Shown here in pieces: positions 50,455 through 64,000 of a DNA stretch of 64,000 nt. Source of the DNA: Octopus vulgaris (Eukaryota); the NCBI GenBank assembly GCA_951406725.2, contig OX597814.1, positions 102,176,001-102,240,000 on the forward strand. Reading direction: 5' to 3'. The number at the start of each line of letters is the position of its first letter. The first letter of the stretch is position 1. The notes beneath the pieces are model-generated. The model was not told the DNA's origin and did not search any database. It saw only the letters and a list, made by a program, of their open reading frames with translations. A program made the translations under genes and the position numbers.

Positions 50455-51518
50455 CTACCTTCCTGCCTAGTAGTGAGTCTATAAAGTTGGTGAAAGTTCT
50501 AAACCATTGATTAAAAGTTTTATCAGCATTTGTGGAATTTGGGTCTACATTCAATCTGTCAGATTTCAAGTATCTTTCCATATAAATTGAATAACGTATA
50601 ATTTGCATAATGATAATGAAATATTCCAAGCGCAAAATTTCAATTATAGGATTTTTCTTTTGTGTGCTTGGCTGCCAAGGTCAATTTCTGTTCGAATTGA
50701 TTTCATATACAGTATCATTACGATACACTTTTACATGCTAATTAATGCCATGAAAATCATTTTTGCCATAAATCAATCAATAAAGAGTTATTAGCTATTA
50801 AAGTTTGAAAATTTTGGGTAATTTTAGCCAATCGTAAGCCATAGACACATTCATGCCTGTTTCCATCTTAACAAGCCAAACATAAGAACTCTTGTCTACA
50901 AGAAAGTACGTATTAACTATGTTCCAGTTGTCATATGCGCCAAAAATAGCAGCCAAATAGGCCTTAAGTCATGTACCAGAGGAGGATGCGATTTCGTACT
51001 TGCAAGAAAAGGGTGGTATATCCAAAATAAAATTATGCAAAACAAAGAAACATTTTTATGAGTACAAGAAAAGTGGTGGGAATATGTATTGACGATGCAC
51101 ACGCCAAGGATGCATGGAGTCTGTGTCAGTGAAGAAAGACACATGGTTTGAAGATGGCACCCTTCCTTTTAGGGCTGTAGTGTTTTTCCTTTACTCATGG
51201 GTTAAGGAATTGACTTCAGTCCAGTTTTGTGCTTGAAGAACTGGAGATGAGCCATTGCACAGCAGTTGTTTATAATAGCTCTGCTAGGTAAGTATGTGTG
51301 GAGGACTGCTCCGCTATCCAGTTAAGGTTGTTGGTCATGTGAAGATTGTTGAGTTGTTTGTTTTTAAAAAGATATTTAAATTGTAATGTATTATTTTGTT
51401 TTTGGATAAATCTTTTACGTTTGTGCTATAAATTTCTTATTTTGAGAAATATTTAATTTGTAACGTGTTGTTTATCGTGTTAAATACATATTGAAAGCTT
51501 AAAACTACAAAATACGTG

Positions 51519-51933
51519 GGATCTTTTCGGTTTGAACGGCAGTTTTTCTAGCGGTGTCATATGAAATTGTCACCCATAATTATGTCCCTAGTATCGATCT
51601 ATAGCATTTCAATCTGTTTTAGAGTTAGGGTTAGGGGTGGGGGAAGGGTATCTTTTTTTTCTTCACAAATGTAAATAAATCCAATCTGTTTCTTAAACGA
51701 GGGACATATTCATACGGCACAGAATGTTTTCACCTCAATAGACGTTATTGATTGGTTGAAATTGCAGAAATTGAAGAAAAAAACAACAAATATCTTACAA
51801 ACTATAGAATTTTCTCAATAAAACCAAGAGAAAAAGATGTTTTATAAACACATTCTACCAGTATACGAAGTTTAAAAGTGTTTAGTTGCGTGGAAATTAT
51901 TTTTAAAAACTGCCGTTCAAACCGAAAAGATCC
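51519..51933. mobile_element. Second copy of the Merlin-like MITE, opposite orientation
   Basis: Same TIRs; perfect 8-bp TSD AATACGTG (51511-51518, 51934-51941). Confidence 0.88.
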
Positions 51934-53296
51934 AATACGTGTTGTCTACTGTTTTTTTTGGGGGGGGGGGTTGTCATTGAGGTTGTTGTGAGATGTGCTA
52001 AAAATAACAGCTAAATAGGCCTTAAATCACGTAGCTTCACAATGTTGTTGTTTTTTTTTTGCATAATAATATGAAGTCTCATGTGTAGAATACAAATTCG
52101 CAAAAATTTTCTGAAAATTAAAAAAAAATTCAAAAGTTATGAGGGGTTATATGTCGTGCGTAATTCATTTGTTTACGGTTTCATCTAAAAACACAAGTGC
52201 AGTTTTCAAGATATCGACAAAATGTGCAGTCACGTACAAAATGACAGCTTCCAAATCCTGTTTCCAGACTGAGTGAAAATAATCAAACTTTAAACCTCTA
52301 CAACTTTTTTCTTTTAATTTCTGGAATAAGTGAAATAACTCCAGCAATTCAGCTTGGAAAACTGCATAACTGTACCAAATTTTAAATTTTTCAATAAACT
52401 TTTGACTTTTGAAATCTCGGCAGCCAAACAGAAAAGTTCCCACTTATACAGCATATCAGTGAAATATGAAATAAGACAGAATATGAGAAACGTAGGATGA
52501 GTCTTGTTGAATTATAGAATAAGTTATAGACTATACATAATAGCAGGAATTCCTACTGTAGTGGGAGTAGGTTGTCTTCCCAGAAAATAAAATCTAGGCA
52601 AAGTGATTCAAAAGATCAATGGATTCATGTACGCTAAAAGTAGCCTGCCGCCAGAAACGATGTGATCTCCCTAGACACAAGAAAAGACAATTGAACGTGT
52701 GATATGTCCAGAGGAAGAGGAAATATGCCGCTGGTTGTGGAAATAGCATTGTAAGCAACTTCTAAGTTTCTGAAATTCTTCCTTTCGAGAAGCTTGCAAA
52801 TGATAAAAGAAAAGAAAAGAAAATTGTTTTCAATAATGATAAACGAAAAACGGGATATAGATTAAATAGTTATACTTGTGACTAAAAAACAGGTTTGAAG
52901 ATTTCTTTGGAGTCAACGATATTTCAGCACTGAAATGCTTTCAACTCATTTATCAGAGATTCCAGTAACTTTGTTGATTGTCAGACACAACTGAAGAACA
53001 ATGCTGACCACGTACGATTCTAGGGAAGACTACAGATCAACATGAAAGTTTGAACCTAGCACTGCCATTTAATAAACTACTTGTCAATAATGCAGTGTCA
53101 CCACTGCTCTCAGTAACGAGTTATTTCTTTCCAAAGTAATACTTCTCTGCAGTTAGATGGTTAGTCCATTTGAGAGTTTCGAGTGTCTTTGCCAGTGACA
53201 CAACATTGCTTGTAACATGTCCCGAACTGGCTGGCTGTTAGTATTCTACAATGTCTAAGGAGTGTATTCTGCAGGCTGAGTTGAAATACTTTAAAG

Positions 53297-53842
53297 CAAC
53301 AGTCCCCAACCTTTTTGCACCGCAGACCAGTTCCATGTGAGACAATGTTTCCGCGGACCGGGGTATCACAAGCATAACAAAATACAATAAAGTGCATAAT
53401 ATATAATTTAATTATTACACATATTAAGCAAATGTAATTATTCCATTGACTATTATGTCCTTTGTATCCACTATTATTACAATGTAATATATAAACGACG
53501 ATGATGATGATGACAATAAGGCGGTGAGCAAGCAAAATCATTGGCACACCGGGAAAAATGCTTTATGGCATTTCGCCTGTTTTTATATTCTGAGTTCAAG
53601 TACTACTGAGGTCTACTCTGACTTTCATCCCTTCGGTGTCAATAAAATAAGTACCAGTTGAGTACTGGGGTTGATGTAATCGACTTATCCCCTCCCCTGA
53701 CATTGTTGGTCTTGCGCCTAAATTTGAAATCAATACATATAATAGAACTTAAAATCTTTAAAATTTATTCTTTCTGTACGGTCCAGTACCAAATGACCCA
53801 CAACCCGGTAGTGGTCCGCGTCCTGGTGGCCAGGAATCCCTG
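53297..53842. mobile_element. hAT-Charlie (MER1-like) MITE with a nested SINE at about 53505-53730
   Basis: End sequence GTCCCCAACCTTTTTG..GACAAT.TTTCC.CGGACCGGGG resembles MER1/Charlie3 termini as recalled; the other end is GGTCCGCG...CCCTG. Confidence 0.65.
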
Positions 53843-54915
53843 TCTTAGGATCTCACGTATTAAATATAGTAAGTTTTTAAAGAAAACTTCAATGAAGTGA
53901 GTTATCCATGAAAGTAGCAGACAAAAGCTTTAGTGGTGTTTACAGAAGCAAGAAAGACTTGAGGTTTTGGAAAGTAATTCATCGATTCGGCAAATGGATA
54001 TAGATAACATGAGTACCCCAGAATTAAGAGCAACTAATCATTTGAAGAATGTACCCCAGGATAGTCGCAGTCCAATGTCTGAAACAAGATAGAGTATAAA
54101 AGCATATGAACAAAGTGGTTGTTGGGTAAGAAGTTTGCGTAGCACTATAGGCAAGTGTCTTCTACTATAGCCTTGAGCCAACCAAAGCTTTGTGAATGGA
54201 CTTCATTGACGGAAACTGAAAGAAGCCCATCGTATATATCTGCATATGTTTATATCTGTGTGTGTGTGTGTGTATGTATCCCACCCCCATAAAAACTGTG
54301 TTAACGTCTCCATAACCTAGCGGTTCGGCAAAAGGGACCAATATGATAAGTGCTAGGCTTCAGAAATAATAGGGTTGATTTGTTCGACTAAAACCCTAGA
54401 AGGCTATGCTCCAGCATGAACTCAATCAAATGATTGAAACAAGTAAAAGAATAAACAAAGAAATGCTTATGCAATGACTCATCCTGCTAGAAATACCAGC
54501 TAAATCTCCTTCAAATCCCATTTTACAATCTTTAAAGAAAGAGAGGTCATATTTAAATAATATAACCCTAGTTATATTATGTCTAACAAAAAATAGATGG
54601 GCTTGTCATGGCTGGAACACTTAAGTTCAGTCTTAACAAGAGTAGTAATACATTTGCCTTTTATTTATTATCTTGTTAAAATTTATTGCTTCACTTCACA
54701 AATTTATTGTCTCTCCTCAAATTTATTGTCTCTTCTCAAATATACATAGTCTCTTTAACTCAAGTACTTTTTACCCAGTTACTACGGTTTATTTCTTGTC
54801 TTTACATTTTACATAATTATTTAAAGTGGTTATTCGACTTTGCTAGAAGCATCAGCCAAATCTTCAAATTGTACATAGATACATACATACATACATACAT
54901 ACATACATACATACA

Positions 54916-54946
<31 letters not shown>

Positions 54947-56271
54947 CCACATACTGTGGCCTGCAATAACTTTAATAAAATGCAACTTTAATTTTACTTG
55001 TAATTATTTCATGAAAAAAATTATCAAAAAGGAAAGTGAATGAAAGTTTGATTCAGTATTTTGAAAGCCCTTCTCTAACTAATATCTGTCTTTCTCTCAA
55101 TTAAACATGGCTTTGATAAAAATCCCCAATGACAAACCAGTCCATGATTTTCATTCTTCGGTCAATGTTTCTTTTAGGTCTAAAATTGATGTCATTTTCA
55201 ACAATCTTACTCACAATTTTCTATCAAGATATTTCCGCAAGTGTTGCTTTCAGGGATTTAAGCAACACACCTTTGAGATTCATGATTGAACCCATAGCAG
55301 ATTTATTAATTGTTTTCTCCCTGGTTACAAGCATAAAGTAGATATCTTATTGTTGAGTTAATGGAGGGAAAGAGCTGTAGGTGATAGAAACGGTGGATTG
55401 TTACATTGACCATATTCCTCTCTTAAACATGGGTTATGTATAACTAGAATCCTCAAGCCCACAGCTACAAATGCTAGGTCTCAGCATTACGAGGATCACT
55501 CCTGGTGAACTTTAATCCACAACACAACAAAGACAACATCGCAAAACTGTTCTTCCTCTTCATTGCCAGAAAATACTTCAGTACAGCCCAATGGCAGTGT
55601 TACTCCCACATCTAGGCCAAATCCCAACAAAAAAGGCCATACAGTATGTCTAGCCCAAATGTTCACTGTATCATCTCTCTCTCACACATATACACTCACA
55701 TTCTCTCACACACATACACACACTCACTCACTCCTGACCTTTCTCTCTCTACCTGTTCTACATCTACAGTGGCTCCTATTTCTCAAAGCTGGTTCAACTT
55801 CCACCCATACACTCCTAAATCTGTCAGTTCTCCTCCTTTCAGCCCCATATTGTATACCCCACCTCCCAGACTCCACATTAACTCCTTTACCTGTTTCTTC
55901 CACCTTCACAAAATGTGAACCTCTGGGATTCCTTCTCTGTCCATGTTTTTCTTACAGTCGTCAATTTGCAACTATTCAAAATGAACATTAACGGTGTAAG
56001 AGCACCTCAAAGGTTGTGAGCATAGCTTCTTCTTCCAAAACAAGTAAACCCATAAAAAAGAAATATGAAATAATTTGAAGCATCTCTCATCTTCTGTGTT
56101 TAAGAGTCACTAAGATCGACGCAGCAGTTCATTAGATGAACGAGAGGTGTCGTTGACAATATATTCTCTGTTAGAAATTTGACTGCAACTGAGTACAGAA
56201 TTTTTGCCTCATATAATCAGTATAGGCCATTTTTTTTTTTTAATCAATATAAACAACAAAAGTATGATACA

Positions 56272-56592
56272 CTAGCTTGGCACTCCGTCGGTTACGACGA
56301 CAGGGGTTCCAGTTAACCTGATCAATGGAACAGCCTTAGCATGCAAGTGACTGAGCACTCCACAGACATGTGTACCCTTATAATGTAGTTCTCAGGGAGA
56401 TTCAGCATGACACAGAATGTGACAAGACTGACCCTTTGAAATACAGGTATTACTCATTTTTGCCAGCTGAATGTATTGGAGCAGCGTGAAGTAAATTGTC
56501 TTGTTCAAGGACACAATACATCACCGGGAATTGAACTCACAACCTTACAATTGTGAGCCGAATGCCCTAACCACTAAGCCACATGCTTTCAC
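56272..56592 (-). mobile_element. tRNA-derived SINE
   Basis: A/B boxes; 11-bp TSD AGTATGATACA (56261-56271, 56593-56603). Confidence 0.85.
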
Positions 56593-58024
56593 AGTATGAT
56601 ACAATAGTAGTAATATTTGACTCACTAGTTACTACAAATTCATTTTCTTCGTCGTAAGCCCCTCACTCCCTATGCAGCAAAAGGCCATCGATAACTTTTC
56701 CCAACTCTGGGCTATCTTTTCCATTTCTCCCAACTTAGATCTCTTCTTTTTCGACCTTACATTTTCCTTTGGGACTTTGCTGCACCACATCATATTATCC
56801 AGGGAGAAGACTTTCTTTTCCTTAGTCTTATTGATTTTGATGCTTCTGTAACTTAACTCTTTTCTAGGTAGAAATGTTGGCCCTACGTAAACCCATTTTT
56901 ACCTCTGGGAAGTGGAAGTCAATATTAATCTTGCCTATATCCTTTGACCTGTCAAGCATGGGACATTCTACCTGAACCTTACACTCCTCTGGCATAGCTC
57001 TCAGAGTCATTGAGGCATATAAGCCACCACACCACAACAAAGACTGGACCTTGTGGTGGCTACAAACACACAGTAACAATTAATTAAGTGGTCGTTCACC
57101 CAAGAAAAAGAATAACAATAAAGTAAGTGATATGTTTGTTTACTCGATAAAACTACCAGTTTTTATCATCAATATCTCGCTTATAAACACATGTTAAATT
57201 TTGTAGAACTGGGAGAAATAACACCTATGCTGATTATACAAACTATCGAGAGAACCTCTGCACTGTCAATCGATTTGTTTTGTATGGTTTTAAATGGCAG
57301 TAAAATCTCAGTCAAATCAGGCCCTATTCGCTTAGATAAAGTAACGACATGTTTTATCAGTGGGTTTCAAATGGTGCTTTGAAAGCCATAGCTAGTTGTA
57401 TCCTGGTTTCAAAGAATATGAGTTAAGACCATAGAAAATCTAAATTAACACTTGAGAGTCTTGAATAACCTGTTATTCATGACTTTTTTCTACACATATA
57501 GAATTAGTAAAAGAAAGTAAACAATAAATAGCAATTTCATTTTGCACTTGAAATACAACAAAATTTTTTTCAATTTATCTCTTGTGCACTGTGAAGACAA
57601 AAAATGGCCAAGAACCACTCCCTTAGCTAATGTAGTCATAAATATCTCTTTAAAGATGGAATGGTCACAGGTGGAAATACCTTTCATTATAAGTTTATTC
57701 AACTGGGCCTGAGTAACAACAGGAATCCACGAGCTAGTGAAGCTATGAGCCAACGAATTTTCAAACCTCTATGTTGATGAACAACTTGCTATAAAAACTA
57801 GACAAACTTCCCATAATTACAAGTCCAACAAAGTTAAATAAAGAAGAATACATTGGACAATAAAGTCTCAGATATACATACACAAAGAAGGGAAGCTCAC
57901 GGTTGGAACATCTTTGATCATAGATCTACTCAATGAAGGTTGACCTGAAGTTAGACAACAACATTATGACACTATGAAAACAATTATCCTACACTGGTCC
58001 CAATCATTTTTAATTTATATACTA

Positions 58025-58600
58025 CTAGTGGGCCTCCCGGGGTTTCTGCCCAGTCTATACGGTGCTCAAATGTATTCATAAGGCACATATTGGTATGTAT
58101 TGTAATGCCCATTTTCCTTACAATAGAAGTTGTTAAAAGATATTCCAGTATTGCATAACATAATTTTTAACATTTATTTACAGTATATCACCAAATTTCA
58201 TTTCACTAATTGGAAATATGATTACTCGTTATTCATGTAAGAGAAGGGTGTTCCAATAGTAGATCAATCTGAAAGTGTTTTGTGGATAAGATGAATCTCT
58301 AGCGACTGGAAAATGCATCTTGGCATAAACTGTGAATTGGGTATTTAATGCAGCATTACAAATTGCAGTTTGTGTTGTGGAGATCTTTTGACCTCACAGA
58401 CTTGGTTTCTGTTTTAGTGGGATATTGTCGTCAGTTTATCTAGATGGATATTATTTTAGAGGCAATTAGCAGATAAGGCCATTGTCTTAAAATACACTGC
58501 TATCAACTGTCCAATGAATTCGATGCATGGAAAGGCAGGAAGAAACATATGAAAAGAAGAATTTCTTCGCAGCCCCAGTTGGTACTTACCTATATATTAA
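58025..58600 (-). mobile_element. Possible Helitron 3' remnant
   Basis: GC-rich hairpin and CTAG|T at 58025; weak helicase-like MHFPVA remnant. Confidence 0.35.
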
Positions 58601-58841
58601 AATGGTTGAAGTGCGCTTCTCTGTAACTGCAAAGGGCTCCTCCCTCCCCGTTTTCTGATAAAGGAGTGTTGTTATTATTGGTGGTGATAGTTGTGATAGT
58701 TGTAGTAAAGTTGTCTCTGTAGTTGTGGTGCTAGTGTGTGTGTGTGCATGCATGTGCACATAACTGTAATATACTATAAAAGTATACATCTATGAATTAT
58801 ATGTTTAAAAATATAGGAATGTATATATATGTAGGAATATA

Positions 58842-59680
58842 CAGGGTGTGTAAGGTATTTGAGGACATACCTGCATTTTTTGCTAACTCTTTGTTTCAGA
58901 AAATAATAATGGCAGACCCTTAGCTTACTCAAGAAATGAAGAGGCATGCTGTTATCGTGGTTATAGAGGCTGAGCATATAGAAATATCCCAATTTTTAAA
59001 AGTTGCTAGATCTTTCGTCTACAATGTTTGTAAGGAGCTAGAGACTGAAGATGGAAATGTATCACCAGTATCAAAGCAGAAAAAGCATTCTAAATGCTTT
59101 GAAATCATCAGAACACCTGAATTTATTCAGCAAGTTCAGCAGACCATTGATTACAATCCCCAGAAAGTCCATGAGGTCAATTGCAAAAGATCTCCATGTG
59201 TCAGAAGGAACAGTCAGAAATGTTGTCCACGAAGACATCATATGATGAGGAAAGGTCAAGCAAAAGAAAATCACTACATCAGATCTAAAAGGCTCTTAAA
59301 CAAACTGAAAAATCCAGCAGAAGAAGATTTGATTTGGTTTTTCTCAAACGAGAAAAACTTCAACCAAGATCAAAAAGTTAACAGAAGAAATGACAGATGG
59401 CTATGTGTAGACCCTTCCTGCAACTGTCATGGTTTTAGGGGTTATCAGCAATGAAGGACATGTGATGTCTCCTTATTTCTTTCCACAAGGCCTTAGAGTT
59501 AATTCTGCCACCTACATTGAGGTCCTGGAAATAATTGTTATCCCTGGATAGACAGTGTATGCAATGGAAGGCCATATGTGTTTCTGTAAGACTCTGCACT
59601 ATCATACATGGCTCTAGTAACACAGGAATGGATGGTTGAAAATTTTCATCAAAATTTTACATAACCCCTAACATTAGCAC
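58842..59680 (+). mobile_element. Decayed Tc1/mariner element, maT-like
   Basis: TA-CAGGGTG start; FFSNEKNF (FSDEKNF) and RPYVFxxDSA motifs; frameshifted. Confidence 0.75.
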
Positions 59681-62249
59681 AAGTCAGGAGAGCAGTTTCT
59701 GAAAATTCAAACGATTCAGCTTTGATGGGAGTGAAAAAAAATAAAAGATTTTCACAACAAATTCTGATATAGTTGGAATCTACACCATTAGAAGCATATT
59801 TGTTGAAAATTTTATCTTAAAATATCCATTTTCCCTAAAGTCACGAAGAAGCAAATTCGGCAGGGCACTCTTGCATAGGTATGTCCATCTGTAACAAAAC
59901 ATTATGGTGAAATAGACAGTACATGGATTGCTAGAAATAGGAGCTAATATTCCACCAACTCCCCCCCCCATTCCTTTTTTGGAAAATAAGTGTGCAGTAA
60001 TCTGCAGAATGGTCAAATTAATTGAAATGACATGAAAAACTTGAAATATCATCAATTTTATTAAGTGTTTTCAGTGGTCAATGTACAAACTTTGCTTTTA
60101 TAAGGATATAGATAAGATGTGTGTGTGTGTAATTCTCAGTTTTGTCAACTGAGTAGAGCACAATTCACTGAAGGAGTCTAATGCGACCAAAACATGTTCT
60201 TTTCTTTCTCTAGTTGTCTTTAAAGACATACCCCTACTTCAGTCTGTATTGTCTCTGTTGACCATAAAATGGAGTTACCTATCTCCATTGCTGATTGTTT
60301 TGAACAAATTGACTCTAGTATTTAAGTCTGGTACTTATTTTATCAGACTCTTTGCTCACTAAGTTACAGGGACGTAAACAAACCAACACTCATTGTGGGA
60401 GGGAAGGCACAGACACATGCATACATATATACAACAAGCTTCTACGCAGTTTCCGTCAACCAAATTCATTCAGAAAGCATTGGTCGACCCGGAGCTATAG
60501 TAGAAGACACTAACTCAAGGTGCCGCACAGTTGCACTCCATGGTTTCAGAGTGAGCTCAGCACAGATAATCTCAATTAACTGAAGGATTTGCCTTTTTCT
60601 TTTTTCTTTTTTTTTTCTTTTTATTTTGCACTATTTTAAATATGAGATCAGACTGTTGTATCCATGAAGTTGGCTTCACAAACGTATGATCCCATTGTGT
60701 AACACCTGTTATAACCTTTGAGACGACCAGTATTTTATGTGTAAAATTTAGTGAGCAGAAACTGTGCAGAAGCTACACACATGCGCGCGCGCAGCGAGAT
60801 GTTGCAAATAAATCGGTGTGTCGAACAAAAGTACCTTTTGGCCTCTATTCTGATCCAGTTCCTCTAGGTGAACTTAGCCATTCGATGAATAAAGATTGAT
60901 GAGATAAACTAGTTTAAGTATGAAACCCAGTAATAATCTGAGGAAGAGATCACTATTAACTGGCCTTTCGGTTATAGATTTGCCTGATCAGGACTTATCC
61001 GGAGCTAAACAATAAACTCAAAACAAATCGAAATTTTGGGGGAGTGGGGCAGTCGATTAGATTGACCCCAGTACACAACTAGTACTTAACTTATCGACCT
61101 GAAAGGATGAAAGGCAAAGTCGACCTCGGCGGAATTTGAACTCAGAACGTAATGACAGACGAAATTCCGCTAAGCACTTCACCCGGCGAGCTAATGTTTT
61201 TTGCCTGCTCACCGCCTTAAATCGTCGTAAATCCACGCAGAATTTAATATTTTCCAAATAAAGAATAGTTATCTACCTTGAATGAAAAATTATCTGTGAT
61301 TATTGTTTAAGGAAAAAATTTACGAAGACTCTACATAGTCTCTCAACTTCCGAGAGTTCAAATTATATCCAGCTGTCTTAAAAGAGAAAGATACTTTAGA
61401 TAATGTGCTCATATATGCGAAGTTTTGGAAAAAGACGTCATACGATGTTGTCAGAGTCGAAATATCTTTGGCTTATAGATTCATCTGCTTAGTCAGGAGT
61501 GATCTGTGCCCAAAGAATAATAACATTCTAGGATATATTCTTTAAAAAAATTGCTACAAAAGTATTTTTAATCCGTGTTTTCTTTTTCTATGTATTTTTT
61601 TAAAATATATTAAATAATTCACGTATTCTTCGGCGTGTAATACTTATAGTCATATTTCATAATTTTTCTGAGAAATGTGCGATACAAAAGCAGGGCTTTG
61701 GAGGAAAGACACACCAGGTTTCATCTCTCTTGAAGTCAAACAAGCTAATATTATTTTATTTTATAAAACACGTCATTCAACATATTTACGACACAATCGG
61801 CAGAGTTATTGTATCAAGGGAAATAACTCTATAAATGTTTTATCATTATCTGCCCTTCGTAAAATAGTTTTCATTAAATAAAGTTTATGCTATCAATTGT
61901 TTTGCGAAAAAATTGTATATAAATTCGTTTTTACACAATAATATTTGAAGTGCATAATCCATTAAATCTATCACAGTTTATTTTTATCACGTATCTATCA
62001 TAAATTATAACAGCTTTCAAATGAAGATTTTAACTGTCCAGAATGATATCTCCTTTACAAGTTTCATATCGTTTAATATCATCTCTTCAGCAAATCGCAC
62101 ATCGTTATGTTCCAGTGGGTTTATTCTATAGTTTCTATAGTGGCTAAAGCAATTTCATTTTTGTTAAATCGTTAATGCAACTGAGAAGAGTAAAAACTTC
62201 ACAACTTCCCATTTCATGTAAGATAAAAGTTCTTGAAATGAAATTTCAT

Positions 62250-62720
62250 AAAATGGATTTGCATGTTACGGCAAGGTTTTTAAGACCGCTGCGTCTCCAT
62301 AAGGCAAAGGTTACCTGTAAGTAAGACCCCTCCTATATTAAAATCCAGTCAGCACCCGTAGAGTGAGACGTATTTCGAAAGGAAGGACTGACCATTGTTT
62401 AGTACAGAGTAAGGATGACAAGAGAAATACACATATCGAGTGAACCAGGGCGGAGGGTAGAGTACAAAGCTTTCTAGTTCAGAGTACATAGAAGTTATTG
62501 TACTTGCATAGAAACTGGAACAAGAAAAGTCTGAGAGCGGGTTGTTCTAACGTATTGATGAGTGAGCCTTTGTCATTGAGCCGAATAATCTTGGAAATCT
62601 AGTAAAAAGGAGTGCTGATAATTGTTTCTAATAGGACGGAGGGAGAAGGCACCTGAGGCCTCGATGTCCGAGCACACCGCCGCGCCAGGAATAGCGAGCG
62701 GAAGCTGAACGGAGGGATGA
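62250..62720 (-). mobile_element. Possible CR1/L2-type LINE 3' remnant
   Basis: GC-richer block with HQYVRTTRS and WSVLPFEIR-like remnants. Confidence 0.3.
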
Positions 62721-63259
62721 AAACGTAGAAATAACAAAATATGCTAGAAATTAGAAATAAAATGAAACACTTGACTCGTGTAGATGACAGATTGTTAAAT
62801 TAATTGATTCCAAGAAGAGACCACACAAATAAATATACCACTAACAACAAGCAAACAAAACTGTTTCAACTTTATTTTAAATGTGATATATGTCGTTTCT
62901 CTGTATCATAGCAAATTTCCACTTAAAAATTTCATAGCTGTACTTGCTGGCAAATGACTTTATTTGAGACTATGTTTTGAAACTGAAAAAAAACATTGTT
63001 AAATTTTCGTCACACCACTGCGACCTGTTACTATCACAATTCCAGAATTTTATGAGTGATCATATGAAAGCCGTGCGACGAAAATTCTGACGCCTCAAGT
63101 AATTAATGAAAAGTGAGTTTAATAATATTTTGTGTGTGTATGTTCTTAGATGGCTATAACGACTCGTTCACGATTTAAATGCTGCTATGTTATAGCTTCA
63201 TGTAATTTAATAAATCCTGTGCCACCCACCCAGAAAAATGTTATGCTTGATACAATATA

Positions 63260-63303
<44 letters not shown>

Positions 63304-64000
63304 TGTGTGTGTGTGTGTATGATACTGTTATACTAACTTGAAGAGTTATTGAAATGTTTGAAAAATTTTCTCAACTGACTCTTGACTACAACATCCATAG
63401 CATTGATCATCCACGGGCAAAATGTGGCCCGCCGGACTTACTGAACGGTACACCTAACGAAAAATTACCATGAATTTCTTTAGTATGTGGCCCGTCTGAT
63501 AATAATTCATGTCTCACGCAGCCTACTTCTCAAAAAAGGTTGTCCATGCCTAACATAGATCATAATCAACCGTAAAATTAAAGTTTCCAAAACATTGATC
63601 TGTGAAAATCTGATTCATTTATGGACTGTTATATATTTTTAGACCATGTGACATAAAAGGACATCACATGAATTTTAGTTGGTCTTAGCAAGATTTAAGT
63701 ATCTAAATTATATAGCATTTTATGGGTAGATCATATAAAATGTAAATCAGGCTGGCAACTGTTTCTTAACTTACTATATGTTGAAAGTGAAAGTGTTGTT
63801 CAGAATGAGGTAATCAAATTTTTCATTATAATTGTCTAATCTAATGAAATACAATTTGCTAAACTATGAATGAAATAAACCTAGTTAGATACGGGCATCC
63901 ATATTTGTGTGTGATTCTTTGCAATTTATTTAAGAACTTCTAAATAGAATTTAAGACGGTCATGTTTCTACTCACTGATGTACAAATCATTTCAACTCCA

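Larger units (their letters stand above)
46771..50612 (-). mobile_element. Decayed Ty3/Gypsy LTR retrotransposon (gag, RT, RNase H, integrase remnants)
   Basis: gag MERYLKSDRL..., RT/RH FTVETDASDFAISATL, integrase GHNQVERYNG. Purine tract abuts the 3' LTR 46771-47221 with TGTTAT...ATAACA ends. Many stops and frameshifts; protease region apparently deleted. Confidence 0.92.

Noticed and set aside
51625-51643. Interstitial telomere (TTAGGG)
   Set aside because: Only about two units, internal to the Merlin-like MITE.

Overview
AT-rich, microsatellite- and transposon-dense eukaryotic DNA. The repeat content is most consistent with an octopod cephalopod, which is an inference from recalled SINE families. 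The only host gene I can reconstruct is folylpolyglutamate synthase (FPGS) on the minus strand: 10 coding exons from an ATG at 42489 down to 758, about 401 codons with phase-compatible GT-AG introns. Its 3' exons lie beyond the left edge of the window. The rest is decayed mobile DNA: two Gypsy LTR elements (one holding a nested CpG-rich solo LTR), RTE-type LINE fragments, piggyBac, mariner, maT-like, hAT and Merlin-like elements and MITEs, Helitrons, several tRNA-derived SINE families, and minisatellites. The most unusual signal is a set of short non-coding palindromic elements with minimal hammerhead-ribozyme cores and Penelope-like inverted/tail architecture. Two of them (6200-6630 and 32102-32620) also carry a tRNA-like Pol III head, so they are candidates for a Penelope-dependent, ribozyme-bearing SINE. 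All calls come from reading the sequence; no searches were run.
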